Shown here piece after piece: positions 20,055 through 29,977 of a stretch of 64,000 bases of DNA (the first letter of the stretch is position 1; the number at the start of each line of letters is the position of its first letter). Position numbers and translations under genes: made by a program. The DNA comes from Candidatus Hodarchaeota archaeon (GTDB taxonomy: Archaea > Asgardarchaeota > Lokiarchaeia > Sigyniarchaeales > SOKP01), in the NCBI GenBank assembly GCA_048886685.1, contig JBHLKM010000004.1:50486-114485 (forward strand), given 5' to 3'. The notes under the pieces are model-generated. The model was given only the letters and a program-made list of their open reading frames with translations, was not told where the DNA came from and did not search any database.

Positions 20055-23000
20055 TTATAACTTCGGAATTGTAAAGGAGAAGGTACTTCCTTTATTTCTT
20101 CCTTCGGATTCAAGCCAAATTTTACCACCATGCAATTCAACAAGCTTTTTAGTGATATATAACCCCAGCCCAGTACCTTCAATAGCTACATCCCATCCTT
20201 GACCATATCTTTCAATTTTTCCGAATTGTTTAAAAACTTGATTTTTTTCTTCTTCAGTGAAACCAATACCATTATCTTTTACTGAGATAATATAAGAATC
20301 ATCATTAACCTTAGTCTCAATCGATATCGTCCCCCTTGGAGGTGTGTATTTGACAGCATTAAGAAGTAAATTTGAAATCACTTCATAAATCCTTTCTTTA
20401 TCAAACTTGGCTTCTATTTTATTATTAGGGTTAAATAAAATTGATTGATTTCGCAAGGTTGCTAAACCTTTTAACTCTTTTACACAGAAATTGATTAGGA
20501 AAGTTAAATCTTCATTCATTAAATTCAGTTTTAATTGGCCTTCTTCTAGTTTCGTGCTTTCTAATAACATATTTATTATTTTCTCTAGCCTTTTGCTCCC
20601 ATCTTTAATTTCTTTTAAAATTGAAATAGTCTCTGAATCTAATTTAGCTTTGTGCAGTGTTAATAAAAGTTCAGTAAATCCTTTAATTGAGATGAGAGGT
20701 GTTTTTAATTCGTGTGATGTCCTTGAAAATAACTCAGTCTTTAATTTGTTAATTTCATTTAAAGTAATGTTTTGTTTTTCCAAATCTCGTTGTACCTGCC
20801 ATCTCCTTTGTTCGATTTCAATTGCGTCACAAATTAAGAATAATACGAGTTTATCTTGACCAGATATGAAAGGATTATTACTATAAAAAACACATACCAT
20901 ATTATCCAATCCATCCTGAGATTTAATTATTTTTCCAAAACAACCATTAAAATTACCATTTTTGATAAAAGGATCTGATTCAGTATACCTTTGATTATTA
21001 ATATTAGAAAATTGTTGAGGAAAATCATGGCCTTCTTTAAATAATTCACTGATGAAAAGATTTTCATAAAATTCTTTGGAATTGTAAAAGAAAGTCTCAT
21101 TATCAGACGTTATTATCTGGTATCTTTCTTGTCCAGCAGACTCAATTTTATGAGCGTAGATAATAAGATCACCATTAAGCAATTTAAGCCCTGTATTAAG
21201 CAATAATTCAATGTTATTCCTAATATCTGCTGTGAAATTCAAGAAATTGGTGTTCAACTCGTATATAAGTTCTTCATACATTTTTTTTTCAGTTATATCA
21301 TCCAACCAAACTCTTATACTTATAATTTCACCATTTTCATCAAAATTAGGAATTCTTTTACCTGCTAACCATTTTAATCTCCCTTGTTTATCAAAAATTC
21401 GAAATTCTAATTCTGATTCTTCATTGGATCTTAAAAGTTTAGATAAATCTTTTGGATACATGAGTTTATTTAAAAATATTTCTTCATTTAGTTCCTCTCT
21501 ATTATAACCAATTATATCTGACAATTTTGGATTAATAAAAGTCATTTTATGATTAATTACATCAAGTTCAATGACCCCTACTGAAGATGTTTCTAACAAA
21601 TCACGATACTTTTCCTCACTTCTCTTTAATGCTTCCTCAGCTTTTTTTTGTGTTGTTATATCGTAGATAACTGAAAGAATAAAAGTTTCTGTTTTCATAG
21701 GAACTAAGCTTGAAGTAACACGAACCCAGATGGTATGATTATCTTTATGTTTAATTGGAAACTCTATATATTCTAATCTATTATCACCAAATAGATCTTT
21801 AAATCCGTCTTGAAGAATTTCTAACGCATTATCTTTATAAAAATTTAAATTCAAGAAATTCTTTCCAATAAACTCTTTTATTGGATAACCAGACATACTT
21901 TCTATTGAAGAATTACATTCTAAAATTGTACCGTTTAGATCCGAAAGTATTACACCGTTTGGAGAAGTTTCAAATAAATTATGATATTTTTCTTCAGATT
22001 CAATTACTTTTTGATCTGCCTCCTTTCTTTCGGTGATATCTTGAATAATAACTTGAAAAATCATTTCATTTTCAATGTGAAATATTGACGCTTGATAAGA
22101 AATCCAAGCTTTAGATTTATCCTTCCTATAAAGTTGAATTTCTTTTGGCGTAATATTTTTTTCTTTTAGTAAAACCTTGAAGTCTTCTAAAACCAATGGT
22201 AAGTATTCTTTCGGTATAAATGATATTTCTTGAAAATTCTTTCCAATTAATTCACTTTTTTCAAATCCAGAGAGTTCTTTAGATCTGAAATTGCAATCTA
22301 ATATATCTCCTTTAGTGTTAAATAAAAGAATTGCATAAGGAGAATTCTCGTATAAATGACGGAATTTTTCTTCAGATTCTTTTAATTTTTGTTCTGTAAA
22401 CTTTCTTTCTGTTATATCTATAATAGAAACAATAACTTTTGACCATGTGTCCTCAAATCCAGGCACTATTGATGTCTTAGCATAAAGATATATATCTTCT
22501 CCTGTGAGTGTTTTAGTAGCAATTTCCGATTCATATATCTCCTCACCATTTATTAAAGATAATATTTCCATTTTGTTATCTAAAAATATTTCTTCAGTCA
22601 TTTTATTTTCTTGACTTTCACAAAGCTGATTCATTCTAAGAATGAAATCTTCTTTATTATGGGCTTTATATACCTCCAAAATTTTCCGATTTACATCAAT
22701 TACTTTAACTTTAGTAATAAAATTTAGAATTTCCTCAGGATTATCATCGAAATATTTCTCAAAACCAGTAATCCCAGATGCTTTTAAATGATCAACATAC
22801 GTCTTCATCTCTGAATAATCTTGGTCCATCAGAGCAATTGGAGAATTTTCAAACAATTTGCGATATTTCTCTTCTGATGCTTTTAAAGCTTCTTCAGCTT
22901 TTTTTCTATCAGTAATATCTTTAAATGTTACTGCAAAAAATCCTTTCTTTGGAGAATATCCTGAAACTTTGTACCATCGATCAATAGCCTCAGAATAATC

Positions 23001-24428
23001 TTCAACTGTTAATGGAACACCTGTGAGCCCGACATTCCCAAACTTACCTATCCAATCTGCAGGATCATTCTCTATTCCAGGAATTGCTTCTGTTACTCTT
23101 TTTCCTATTAAATCTTCTTTTTTTAGGCCAGTTAGATTTTCAAAGGCGGGATTTACTTCATGATATACATAATCGATAGGTTGATTGTTTTCATTAACAA
23201 TTACTTCGTGATACGCGAATCCTGCATTCATATTTTCGAATAAAGAACGATATTTTTCTTCTGATTCTTTTAATCTCTGTTCAGCATTAATTTTATCAGT
23301 GATATCAACAGACATTACTAAATCAGCAGGTCTTCCCTTATATTTAATTGTCTTTGAAAAGTTCTCAATCCATCGTACTTCACCTGTTTTAGTTATTATT
23401 CGATACTTATGGTGTTGAACAACATCTTTTTCACCTATCTGCTTTTTTCTAACTTGTTCCATCACAAATTCTTTATCATCCGGATGAATTAACTTAGCAA
23501 ATTCATAAGGTTCCCAATTTTGGATTTCTTCGAAGGAATATTCATTTAATTTTCTAGCTTGTTCATTAAAATATTTAAAAAGACCATCCTGTATTATAAT
23601 TATGCCCATAAATGATTGTTCAGCAATGGTACGAAATATTTCTTCAGATTCTTTTAATTCTTGTTCTTTTAAAATCATTTCATTTATATCATTTATTGTT
23701 CCTCGTATACCGACGATATTACCGTTATTATAAACGGGTCTGGAATGAATTCTGGCATAAAAGTTACTTCCATCCTTCTTATAAAGCAAATATTCGTCAG
23801 GATCAGTCGATTTACCTTCGAAAATCTTTTTAATTTTGGAGAAAGCTTTTTCTTTATATTCTGGATCAATCAATTCAACTATATTTATACCACAGTTCAA
23901 ATCTTTTTGTGTATAACCAAATTTTTTAAAGGCAACAGAATTAACGTAAGTAAGATTCAAATCTAAATTTGCTTCGTATATTATGTCTGGTAAAAGTTCA
24001 ACCAAATCTCGATATTGTTCTTCAGATTTTTTTAATTTTTGTTCAAGAAAATATTTGTCTGAGATATCAATAATCGTCCCTTCAGTCGCTATAGGATTCC
24101 CATTTTCGTTTTTAATTAAATGAGAATTTCCTTGAATGATAATTTTTTCTCCTGTAACTTTTATAGCAGGGACAACATAATTTTTAACATATCCGTTTTT
24201 CTTCAATACTTCAATGAATCTTTCTCTATCCTCGGAATTGTACCAAAAATCAAAAGATTTCGTCCCTACCAAATTTTCATTAGGATTTATACCGAAAATT
24301 TCATTAAATTTAGGATTATGGCGGGAGATTATTCCATCCAAACCTACTCTAAAAAATCCGACATCGAGATTATAAACAATGTTTTTATATTCTTTTTCTA
24401 TATCGAAATTCTTCTCATTAGAAATCAT
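20055..24428 (-). CDS. soluble multi-PAS (8 repeats) + GAF-like sensor histidine kinase
   Basis: Repeated DIT..K..E..L..SEE(K/Q)YR linkers; SHELKTPL H-box, NLLLNAVKYT, DNGIG, GTGLGL, GSTF. Confidence 0.95.
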   Translation of the reverse strand: MISNEKNFDIEKEYKNIVYNLDVGFFRVGLDGIISRHNPKFNEIFGINPNENLVGTKSFDFWYNSEDRERFIEVLKKNGYVKNYVVPAIKVTGEKIIIQGNSHLIKNENGNPIATEGTIIDISDKYFLEQKLKKSEEQYRDLVELLPDIIYEANLDLNLTYVNSVAFKKFGYTQKDLNCGINIVELIDPEYKEKAFSKIKKIFEGKSTDPDEYLLYKKDGSNFYARIHSRPVYNNGNIVGIRGTINDINEMILKEQELKESEEIFRTIAEQSFMGIIIIQDGLFKYFNEQARKLNEYSFEEIQNWEPYEFAKLIHPDDKEFVMEQVRKKQIGEKDVVQHHKYRIITKTGEVRWIENFSKTIKYKGRPADLVMSVDITDKINAEQRLKESEEKYRSLFENMNAGFAYHEVIVNENNQPIDYVYHEVNPAFENLTGLKKEDLIGKRVTEAIPGIENDPADWIGKFGNVGLTGVPLTVEDYSEAIDRWYKVSGYSPKKGFFAVTFKDITDRKKAEEALKASEEKYRKLFENSPIALMDQDYSEMKTYVDHLKASGITGFEKYFDDNPEEILNFITKVKVIDVNRKILEVYKAHNKEDFILRMNQLCESQENKMTEEIFLDNKMEILSLINGEEIYESEIATKTLTGEDIYLYAKTSIVPGFEDTWSKVIVSIIDITERKFTEQKLKESEEKFRHLYENSPYAILLFNTKGDILDCNFRSKELSGFEKSELIGKNFQEISFIPKEYLPLVLEDFKVLLKEKNITPKEIQLYRKDKSKAWISYQASIFHIENEMIFQVIIQDITERKEADQKVIESEEKYHNLFETSPNGVILSDLNGTILECNSSIESMSGYPIKEFIGKNFLNLNFYKDNALEILQDGFKDLFGDNRLEYIEFPIKHKDNHTIWVRVTSSLVPMKTETFILSVIYDITTQKKAEEALKRSEEKYRDLLETSSVGVIELDVINHKMTFINPKLSDIIGYNREELNEEIFLNKLMYPKDLSKLLRSNEESELEFRIFDKQGRLKWLAGKRIPNFDENGEIISIRVWLDDITEKKMYEELIYELNTNFLNFTADIRNNIELLLNTGLKLLNGDLIIYAHKIESAGQERYQIITSDNETFFYNSKEFYENLFISELFKEGHDFPQQFSNINNQRYTESDPFIKNGNFNGCFGKIIKSQDGLDNMVCVFYSNNPFISGQDKLVLFLICDAIEIEQRRWQVQRDLEKQNITLNEINKLKTELFSRTSHELKTPLISIKGFTELLLTLHKAKLDSETISILKEIKDGSKRLEKIINMLLESTKLEEGQLKLNLMNEDLTFLINFCVKELKGLATLRNQSILFNPNNKIEAKFDKERIYEVISNLLLNAVKYTPPRGTISIETKVNDDSYIISVKDNGIGFTEEEKNQVFKQFGKIERYGQGWDVAIEGTGLGLYITKKLVELHGGKIWLESEGRNKGSTFSFTIPKL

Positions 24429-24651
24429 TTACAAAACACCAAAAAAATAAAAAGTTGTAAAATTCCACATATTTCTTTAGTAAATTCGATGATATTTCAT
24501 TAGTATAAAAATCTTTATTTATACCTTATTCTATCACACTAAATTCGTAATATTTATATACACAAATGTATCCAATTTATTGAATTAAGTTAGAAAGTAC
24601 TAGGGTCAAACTAAAAAGAAAATAAAGATGTACGTTTTTATTTAAAATTTA

Positions 24652-25659
24652 CTATAATATATATTTCTTTAAGAACTCATTATTTTCTATTTCGGAAAAA
24701 ATCTCTTTACTAAGATCTTGATAGTCTTTCCCATATATTACTTTACCTTTAGATTCCTCCAAGTCGGAATATCTCAATGTAAGTGATGCTGCAAATTTTA
24801 AAGATTCTTCATTAATTTCGTCTTGAATAATAGTTATTGGACCAGGAATATCTGGAACCTCCATTATTAAATCACTTGGTTTCTTAAGTTGAAGTAGCAT
24901 GTTATTTTCAATTTCATTCCTGCCTACGATAATTTTAACTTTATTAAATCGAAAATGTCTGCCATACTTTAATATATCTATATCTTCTAACTTTAAAGTA
25001 TTATTAAATTCTAAAGAATCCCTCATTCGGTTTGAAAAATTAATGTCTGTTAATAAACATCCACCACATGCAAAATAATCCTCCAATAATCCGTGATCTC
25101 TGGCTAATTCTAACTGTATTTTTCTACTCCTCCCCTTTATTCCCAATAATTTTGTTCTATCTATTAATCCTTTTTCTTCATATATCGTTGGTGTTAACTG
25201 AAGGGCAGATAAAGGTCTTAAAAGTTTCCCCTCCAGTCCAGATTCCTTTTCCACAATCCTAAGTGCTTTCATATGTTGAGACTTTGGTCGTTGATTTAGA
25301 ACTTCACCAGTAAATATAAAATCTGCTTTTATTTTCTTCAAATATTCTTTAGCTTTTTTTAAAATATAAATTCGACAATCTACGCAAGGATTTAAGTTTC
25401 TTCCATAACCAAATTTAGGACTTCGGATAATATCTAAAAAATCATCACCTAACGACAAAGTATGTACTTTTATTCCTAGTTTTTCACGAAAGTTATCAAA
25501 GTTTGATTCATATTGACAAAATGGAGATTTAAAGTTCAGTCCGATTACTTCGATTCCTTGTTGTTTTATTAATAAACATGCCGTTAGACTATCTAATCCC
25601 CCCGAGACTAACCCAAGTCCGACTAAATTATCTTTTTTCCTAATTTCAATATCCTCCAT
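24652..25659 (-). CDS. ThiI/MnmA-like PP-loop tRNA sulfurtransferase
   Basis: SGGLDS PP-loop, NPCVDC, TGEVLNQRP.SQ, GGCLL, VGRN C-terminal domain. Confidence 0.82.
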   Translation of the reverse strand: MEDIEIRKKDNLVGLGLVSGGLDSLTACLLIKQQGIEVIGLNFKSPFCQYESNFDNFREKLGIKVHTLSLGDDFLDIIRSPKFGYGRNLNPCVDCRIYILKKAKEYLKKIKADFIFTGEVLNQRPKSQHMKALRIVEKESGLEGKLLRPLSALQLTPTIYEEKGLIDRTKLLGIKGRSRKIQLELARDHGLLEDYFACGGCLLTDINFSNRMRDSLEFNNTLKLEDIDILKYGRHFRFNKVKIIVGRNEIENNMLLQLKKPSDLIMEVPDIPGPITIIQDEINEESLKFAASLTLRYSDLEESKGKVIYGKDYQDLSKEIFSEIENNEFLKKYIL

Positions 25660-25671
25660 CTTTACATGTCT

Positions 25672-25926
25672 CTAAATTTTTTTAATTAAAAGAATCCATA
25701 TTTTTTTCTCATTATCTACTTCTTTAATATTCATTAATTCCCCAATATTTTGTTGTTTACAATTATCAGGAACATTTTTTACAGCAGCTGGAAAATCTAA
25801 TGTTAATTCTAAAAATTCACCAGGATTCATTTTTTCTAGTGCTAATTTAGTATAGACAAATGTCATTGGGCATACTTTTCCTCGTATATCTAATTTATGG
25901 ATTTTATTATTATTCAAAACAAGCAT
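25672..25926 (-). CDS. tusA: TusA/SirA family sulfur carrier
   Basis: LDIRGKVCPMT motif; size. Confidence 0.85.
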   Translation of the reverse strand: MLVLNNNKIHKLDIRGKVCPMTFVYTKLALEKMNPGEFLELTLDFPAAVKNVPDNCKQQNIGELMNIKEVDNEKKIWILLIKKI

Positions 25927-26728
25927 CTCCTATCTTATATTCATGTGTTTCAACAAGATCAATGGCATTATCTCCACATGCTAAGCAAGCTTCATTTCTA
26001 GCAAGTTTAATAAAGTTAAATCTATATTTTAATAAATCTAAAAATAACATTCTGTTAATAATCAAATCTCCTATTCCTAAAATATATTTAATTGCTTCAT
26101 TCGCCTGGATACATCCAACAATCCCAGGAATTAAACCAATTATACCTGCTTGAGAACAGGACATGGATGGTTCATTTTCTGTTATATCTCCAAAAATACA
26201 TCTGTAACATGCTGTTTCTTCATCAGGTATGATTGTCATAATTTGACCATTAAATCGTACGACTCCTGCTATTGTAAAGGGAATTCCAAGATTAATACAT
26301 GCGTCATTGATTAGCATCTTTGTTGGAATATTATCTGTTCCATCTATGACAAAATCAGAACCTTTTAAAAGTTCTTTGATATTCTCAGGTAATAGAACTT
26401 CATTCTTTGTTTCTATTTTGACATCAGGATTTAATTTATGTAATTTCTCAAACGCGCTTTCAGTTTTTAATTTATTTACATCTTCAGTAGAATGGAGGAT
26501 TTGTCTATGTAAATTTGATATATCAACATTATCAAAATCTATAAGTTTTATAGTTCCTACTCCCGCCGCAGTTAAATAATAAGCAACTGGAGAACCAAGA
26601 CCTCCACATCCAATAATAGTAACTTTTGAATTCAATAATTTTCTTTGTCCAACTCCTCCAATTTCCTTTAAAACAATTTGTCGAGAATACCTTTCTATTT
26701 GTTCGTTAGTAAAATCCATAAAAATCAA
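25910..26728 (-). CDS. MoeB/ThiF/UbaA E1-like activating enzyme
   Basis: RYSRQI, GCGGLG, SNLHRQ, CYRC/CLAC Zn site, SCSQAG catalytic Cys. Confidence 0.93.
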   Translation of the reverse strand: MIFMDFTNEQIERYSRQIVLKEIGGVGQRKLLNSKVTIIGCGGLGSPVAYYLTAAGVGTIKLIDFDNVDISNLHRQILHSTEDVNKLKTESAFEKLHKLNPDVKIETKNEVLLPENIKELLKGSDFVIDGTDNIPTKMLINDACINLGIPFTIAGVVRFNGQIMTIIPDEETACYRCIFGDITENEPSMSCSQAGIIGLIPGIVGCIQANEAIKYILGIGDLIINRMLFLDLLKYRFNFIKLARNEACLACGDNAIDLVETHEYKIGDACFE

Positions 26729-26920
26729 GTTTTGATCCTAATTTTTTAAAATTGCTAAAAATTAGTATAACAGTTAAAAGATTATTATTCTATAACACAA
26801 AAAATTTTGAACCATTTATTTTTTATCTTAATTTTTTATAACTGTATTCTATAAGATATTAAGGCAAAACTTAAATTAAGTTTATGAATAACCTATTAAA
26901 ATCAATAGAGAGTTGATTAA

Positions 26921-27286
26921 ATGGGAAAGGTTTCAAAAGTTTTATTGCTATTAAAAGATATGATATATGAATCAACAAGTCCATTAGAAATAATTCGATT
27001 TGCTAAATATTATAAAAATAAAGGACTTGATGTGACTATTGTCCTTTGGGGACCAATGGGAATTATCCTTGGAAAAAAGAATAAAATTGGGAGAATGCAA
27101 TATGATGATGAAATATTGGAATGCCTGAACATAGGGATAAATTTCAAGTGTTGTGATCTTGCTGCTAACCTTATTGGTTTAGATAAATCTGAATTGATTG
27201 AAGGTATTGAATTAGTCGAATCATATGTAGTTGCTGATTTATTATTACAATATCAAGAAGAAGGACAATTGATTTTCTCACTATAA
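26921..27286 (+). CDS. DsrE/TusD-like protein
   Basis: Size and DsrE-like layout with FKCCDLA; sulfur-relay context. Confidence 0.7.
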   Translation: MGKVSKVLLLLKDMIYESTSPLEIIRFAKYYKNKGLDVTIVLWGPMGIILGKKNKIGRMQYDDEILECLNIGINFKCCDLAANLIGLDKSELIEGIELVESYVVADLLLQYQEEGQLIFSL

Positions 27287-27316
27287 AAGAAGTTAGAAAT
27301 AATTCAAAGATCCTTA

Positions 27317-28192
27317 TTAATAATGATCCACTTCTGGATGTACTTCATTAACAAATTCAAAATTAAAAATCTTCTCACGCGTAAGCTTTTCTTTAATGTA
27401 GCCTAATCTGTGCATAGTATTGATAAATCCTTCTGTTGATTTTAAATATCCTTCTGAAAGAGCTATGCAATATTTAGGAGAGATTTCAAGTACAGCTTTT
27501 ACATATTGCTTTTGGTTATTGAGAATTGTAAAAGTTCTTGATATCGTCTCTGCTGCTTTATCTTGAGATTCTCTGAGCAAAAAAGAGGCTTTCTTATGAT
27601 GTTTAAGGAATATAATCACCAATTCGGGATAATCCTCTATTAAAGATTCATGGAAAAAAATGCCGTAGCTAGGATTATTTGCTAATAAATAATGTGCTGG
27701 AATTACTAAATGAGAATTTAAAATCGTTCTTGCAAAAACTGCTAACGCAGGAGTTCCTACACCTCCTTCTAATATACCCCTTTTCATATCAATTGCTATG
27801 AATTCAGCTTGTTTGTAATTTTTTACTTTGATATCATTTTTTAAATTGTGTTTTTCTAAATAGTAGTTGAGGATTGCGTCATGTATAGAGCCAATACTTG
27901 GAGTTCCTATAGAAACTCCTTTAAATTGGAGGAGAGTTTCATAGATACTGTCATCTAAATGTGATATAGGTTTATGGTTTGGTTTACCAATCATAATTGT
28001 TCCCTCTACATGACCCCCAGCGACACACTTGATAGGAACTGAATTGTCTATTCCTATTATCGCAGGGGGTAATCCCATATAACCTATATCCAATTCACCT
28101 TTTTTAAAAGCTTCTACCATAAGGGGTCCCGTGCCGAATAGAAACCATTTAACCTTAATTTTCAAGTCTCTTTCCAGCTTATCATCTCCCAT
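27317..28192 (-). CDS. ABC transporter substrate-binding protein, NMT1/SsuA-like (true start probably about 28252-28255)
   Basis: FGTGP, DIGYMGLPPAI, GGHVEGT, GSIHD. Frame stays open upstream through IGHLSTAYHT. Confidence 0.8.
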   Translation of the reverse strand: MGDDKLERDLKIKVKWFLFGTGPLMVEAFKKGELDIGYMGLPPAIIGIDNSVPIKCVAGGHVEGTIMIGKPNHKPISHLDDSIYETLLQFKGVSIGTPSIGSIHDAILNYYLEKHNLKNDIKVKNYKQAEFIAIDMKRGILEGGVGTPALAVFARTILNSHLVIPAHYLLANNPSYGIFFHESLIEDYPELVIIFLKHHKKASFLLRESQDKAAETISRTFTILNNQKQYVKAVLEISPKYCIALSEGYLKSTEGFINTMHRLGYIKEKLTREKIFNFEFVNEVHPEVDHY

Positions 28193-28391
28193 TAAAATAA
28201 AATTTGTATGATATGCCGTTGAAAGATGACCAATCCTTAATTCTTTTTTTATGATAAAATTCCCTTATTTTAATTATTTAAAATTATCAACAATGCTATT
28301 CCCATTTAATAATTATAATCTAAAATATTAAGTTATTTAATTGCATTTATGAAAATATATAAGTTAAAATCTCAATTTAAACTGTTAACTT

Positions 28392-28679
28392 TTGCTTAAT
28401 GTAAAAATAATATTTTTATCTGTTTTGGTTGACATTACTGAAATCGAGGAATTAACTCTTCCTATAGATGATGGATCGAATATAAGAAATATATTGAAAC
28501 AGCTAACTTCAAAATTTGGGAAGAAATTTGAAGAAATGATTTTTATAGCTTCAGAAGATTTAAGTAAATATGTAATAATTACAATCAATGGAAAAGACAT
28601 TCGTACTTTAGATGGGCTTAACACAAAAATACAGCCAAATGATGAAATTTCTTTTATACCAGCTATCGCAGGAGGATAG
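28392..28679 (+). CDS. MoaD/ThiS/SAMP ubiquitin-like sulfur carrier
   Basis: Beta-grasp size, INGKDI..LDGLNT, C-terminal PAIAGG. Confidence 0.9.
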   Translation: MLNVKIIFLSVLVDITEIEELTLPIDDGSNIRNILKQLTSKFGKKFEEMIFIASEDLSKYVIITINGKDIRTLDGLNTKIQPNDEISFIPAIAGG

Positions 28680-28744
28680 TGAAAGCAAGTTTTTTAAATA
28701 GAAAAGCTAAAAAAAAATCGAGAATAAATATAAATATCTAAAAA

Positions 28745-28754
28745 AATTTAAAAA
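28745..28754 (+). promoter_or_regulatory. candidate TATA box of the tRNA-Cys gene
   Basis: TTTAAA preceded by an A-run, about 20 nt upstream of tRNA position 1; weak evidence in an AT-rich context. Confidence 0.35.
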
Positions 28755-28769
28755 CTCAAACTTAATTAA

Positions 28770-28851
28770 GCCAGCGTATCCGAGTAGTTAAGGAGGCGGC
28801 CTGCAGAGCCGTTGCTTTTCAGCATCGTGGGTGCAAATCCCACCGCTGGCT
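28770..28851 (+). tRNA. tRNA-Cys(GCA) with long (type II) variable arm
   Basis: Acceptor GCCAGCG/CGCTGGC + U73; D arm TCC..GGA; anticodon stem GCGGC/GCCGT with loop CT-GCA-GA (28803-28805); variable arm TGCT-TTTC-AGCA-TC; T arm GTGGG-TGCAAAT-CCCAC; CCA not encoded. Confidence 0.92.
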
Positions 28852-28967
28852 CTTATATCTTCATTTCAAGACCAATAAACCTTGAATTCATAACTATAAA
28901 TATTGGTCTACGGATCTCTTTTATTGTTCTTATTATATACTTAATTAAAAAAAAGAAAAAATAAAGA

Positions 28968-29111
28968 GTGATAAAACTGAAAAAAGGACCAGTTTGCTAT
29001 GTTTATTATGCGATAAAAAATAAGCGTCAATCAAAATTAAAAGAACAGAAAAAAATTCCAGAAGAGAAAGAAATATTCTCTCAAACCGAAATATATTTTA
29101 CTAATCAATAA
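28968..29111 (+). CDS. possible 47-aa small protein (MIKLKKGPVCYVYYAIKNK...)
   Basis: GTG start, open frame filling the gap and ending 8 nt from the convergent gene's stop; no recognised motif. Confidence 0.3.
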   Translation: MIKLKKGPVCYVYYAIKNKRQSKLKEQKKIPEEKEIFSQTEIYFTNQ

Positions 29112-29119
29112 GATTGTTC

Positions 29120-29977
29120 TCAAGATTCCTTATTTATAAAGTGTTTTTCAAGAAATTCAATACTTTCTTTTATTTCTTTTTCTGTACACAAGGTTCCATG
29201 ACCTGGTACAAAAACTTTAATATCTTTCTCAAGATAAAACTCTAATACATTCTTAAAGTTAATCGGATCAGCAGCCCAGGGAATGCCATTAATACCATTA
29301 GCCCATTCCGGATCCAAATTGGTAAATAACAAGTCACCCATAAAGCAAATTCTCTCCTTAGGGAAATAAGCTATTATGTCGTCGTATGAATGTGCATTTC
29401 CAACATTAATTATTTCAACAGATCTTTCTTTACCATTAATTTTCAATTTACTTGATAACAATAGATCAGGGGGTCTTAGTTTGAAACTAGGATCTTGTAT
29501 ATTGTTCCAGGTGATTAAGTCATTTTTATATTCAATTATCTTGTTAGGATCTTTCTCTTTTTCTAATAATTCTTCTGTCTTCTTTAATTCTTCCGGTGCT
29601 CTCTCCTTAAGTAATTTAAAACGCTCTGGAAGTGTGTTTTGAAATTGATTTAAGGCACCATAGCTGCTTATAACTGGAATTGAACTTGGAAATAAATGAT
29701 TTCCAAATAAATGATCAATATGCCAATGGCTATTTATTAACAAAAATGGATCTTTATTTGTAATCTCTTTAGATGCTTTCATAAGATCTTCTGTGGAAAA
29801 GGGGTCCATTAAAGTATCAAATATTATTGTAATATTCCCTAAATCAAAAAATCCAGCATTTGAGCTAGCACCAATGTCTTGATTAAAGATTGTAGCGTAA
29901 ATCCCTTCATCTAATTTAAAAATATCAAAATATAACGAATCAAACTCAATTTTTTCAAATTCCATATAAAATCCCAT
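29120..29977 (-). CDS. MBL-fold metallo-hydrolase
   Basis: SHWHIDH, AHS, GDL, VPGHG. Confidence 0.9.
   Translation of the reverse strand: MGFYMEFEKIEFDSLYFDIFKLDEGIYATIFNQDIGASSNAGFFDLGNITIIFDTLMDPFSTEDLMKASKEITNKDPFLLINSHWHIDHLFGNHLFPSSIPVISSYGALNQFQNTLPERFKLLKERAPEELKKTEELLEKEKDPNKIIEYKNDLITWNNIQDPSFKLRPPDLLLSSKLKINGKERSVEIINVGNAHSYDDIIAYFPKERICFMGDLLFTNLDPEWANGINGIPWAADPINFKNVLEFYLEKDIKVFVPGHGTLCTEKEIKESIEFLEKHFINKES

Noticed and set aside
28770-28851. tRNA-Sec interpretation of the long-arm tRNA
   Set aside because: Anticodon is GCA, not TCA; stems are 7/5 rather than 9/4; the D-stem is short and the discriminator is U.
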